DNA from: Pseudogymnoascus verrucosus
Lineage: Eukaryota
DNA length: 64,000 bases
NCBI GenBank assembly: GCA_001662655.1
Contig: KV460257.1
Reading direction: 5' to 3' (one strand)
Each line of letters starts with the position of its first letter. Position 1 is the stretch's first letter. Below, piece by piece: positions 63,564 through 64,000 of this stretch. The position numbers and the translations under genes were made by a program. Below the pieces are notes generated by a model. It ran no database searches. It saw only the letters and a program-made list of their open reading frames with translations, and was not told the origin of the DNA.

Positions 63564-64000
63564 GCTTTCGTGCTTGTTGCGATTTTTCTTTCTGGTTGTT
63601 TATCAAGATTTAGTGTACTTTTACTAGTTACAGATCAGATCACCACAATGTATTCTAGGGAACGAATTGAAATCAGTCTTTTGATCTCTCCCCTGCTTGT
63701 GATTGACCCTGGCAGTCTCCTTTTCAAGCGGGAAGAGCAACATGTCAATATCTGCATAGCGATACGGTTATATGAGTTAGGGGGACTGGACAGTTGAAGG
63801 GAGGTGGTGATTATACAGGGCTTCTGGGATGGAATTAACAACGCGCGCGCTAAGAACCTAGGAGGGATATCGCAGGCGCCTGATTGGGTGAGGAGGGAAT
63901 CTTCGTTCAGGTTCATTTTCGAAACTTCCATGCCCTTATTAATATCGCGGCAGCCGTGGGACATCAGAGGTTGAACGGGGAAGGGATTAAGAGCTTTAAG

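Noticed and set aside
58546..64000. Right-hand region as part of the Starship-type element
   Set aside because: It lies outside the TIR, the TGAA repeat and the 5S 5' half that define the right end.

Overview
Eukaryotic DNA from a filamentous ascomycete (GT-AG introns with CTRAC-type branch sites; a Leotiomycete is my guess, not established). GC-rich core genes (atg14-like, noxA, myosin I, a PTS2 acyl-CoA synthetase, a TOS1-like protein) alternate with lower-GC accessory blocks. (1) About 6.4-26.2 kb is a decaying island. It holds a four-gene fructoside-utilisation cluster (GH172/DUF2961, Zn2Cys6 regulator, intracellular GH32, sugar porter), a GH95, an aldehyde dehydrogenase and a RIP-inactivated hydrolase-NACHT-ankyrin NLR. 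(2) 45505-58492 is a ~13 kb Starship-type tyrosine-recombinase element inserted into a 5S rRNA gene, which it splits. It has TGAA direct repeats, ~38 bp imperfect terminal inverted repeats and a RIP-mutated DUF3435 captain. Its cargo is an ABCG pseudogene between internal inverted repeats, an inverted remnant of a second captain and a diverged otubain. (3) About 58.8-64 kb holds pseudogene debris (FunK1 kinase) and an intact, intronless secreted DUF3494 ice-binding protein. Family calls come from motifs recognised by eye. Exon boundaries are manual estimates.
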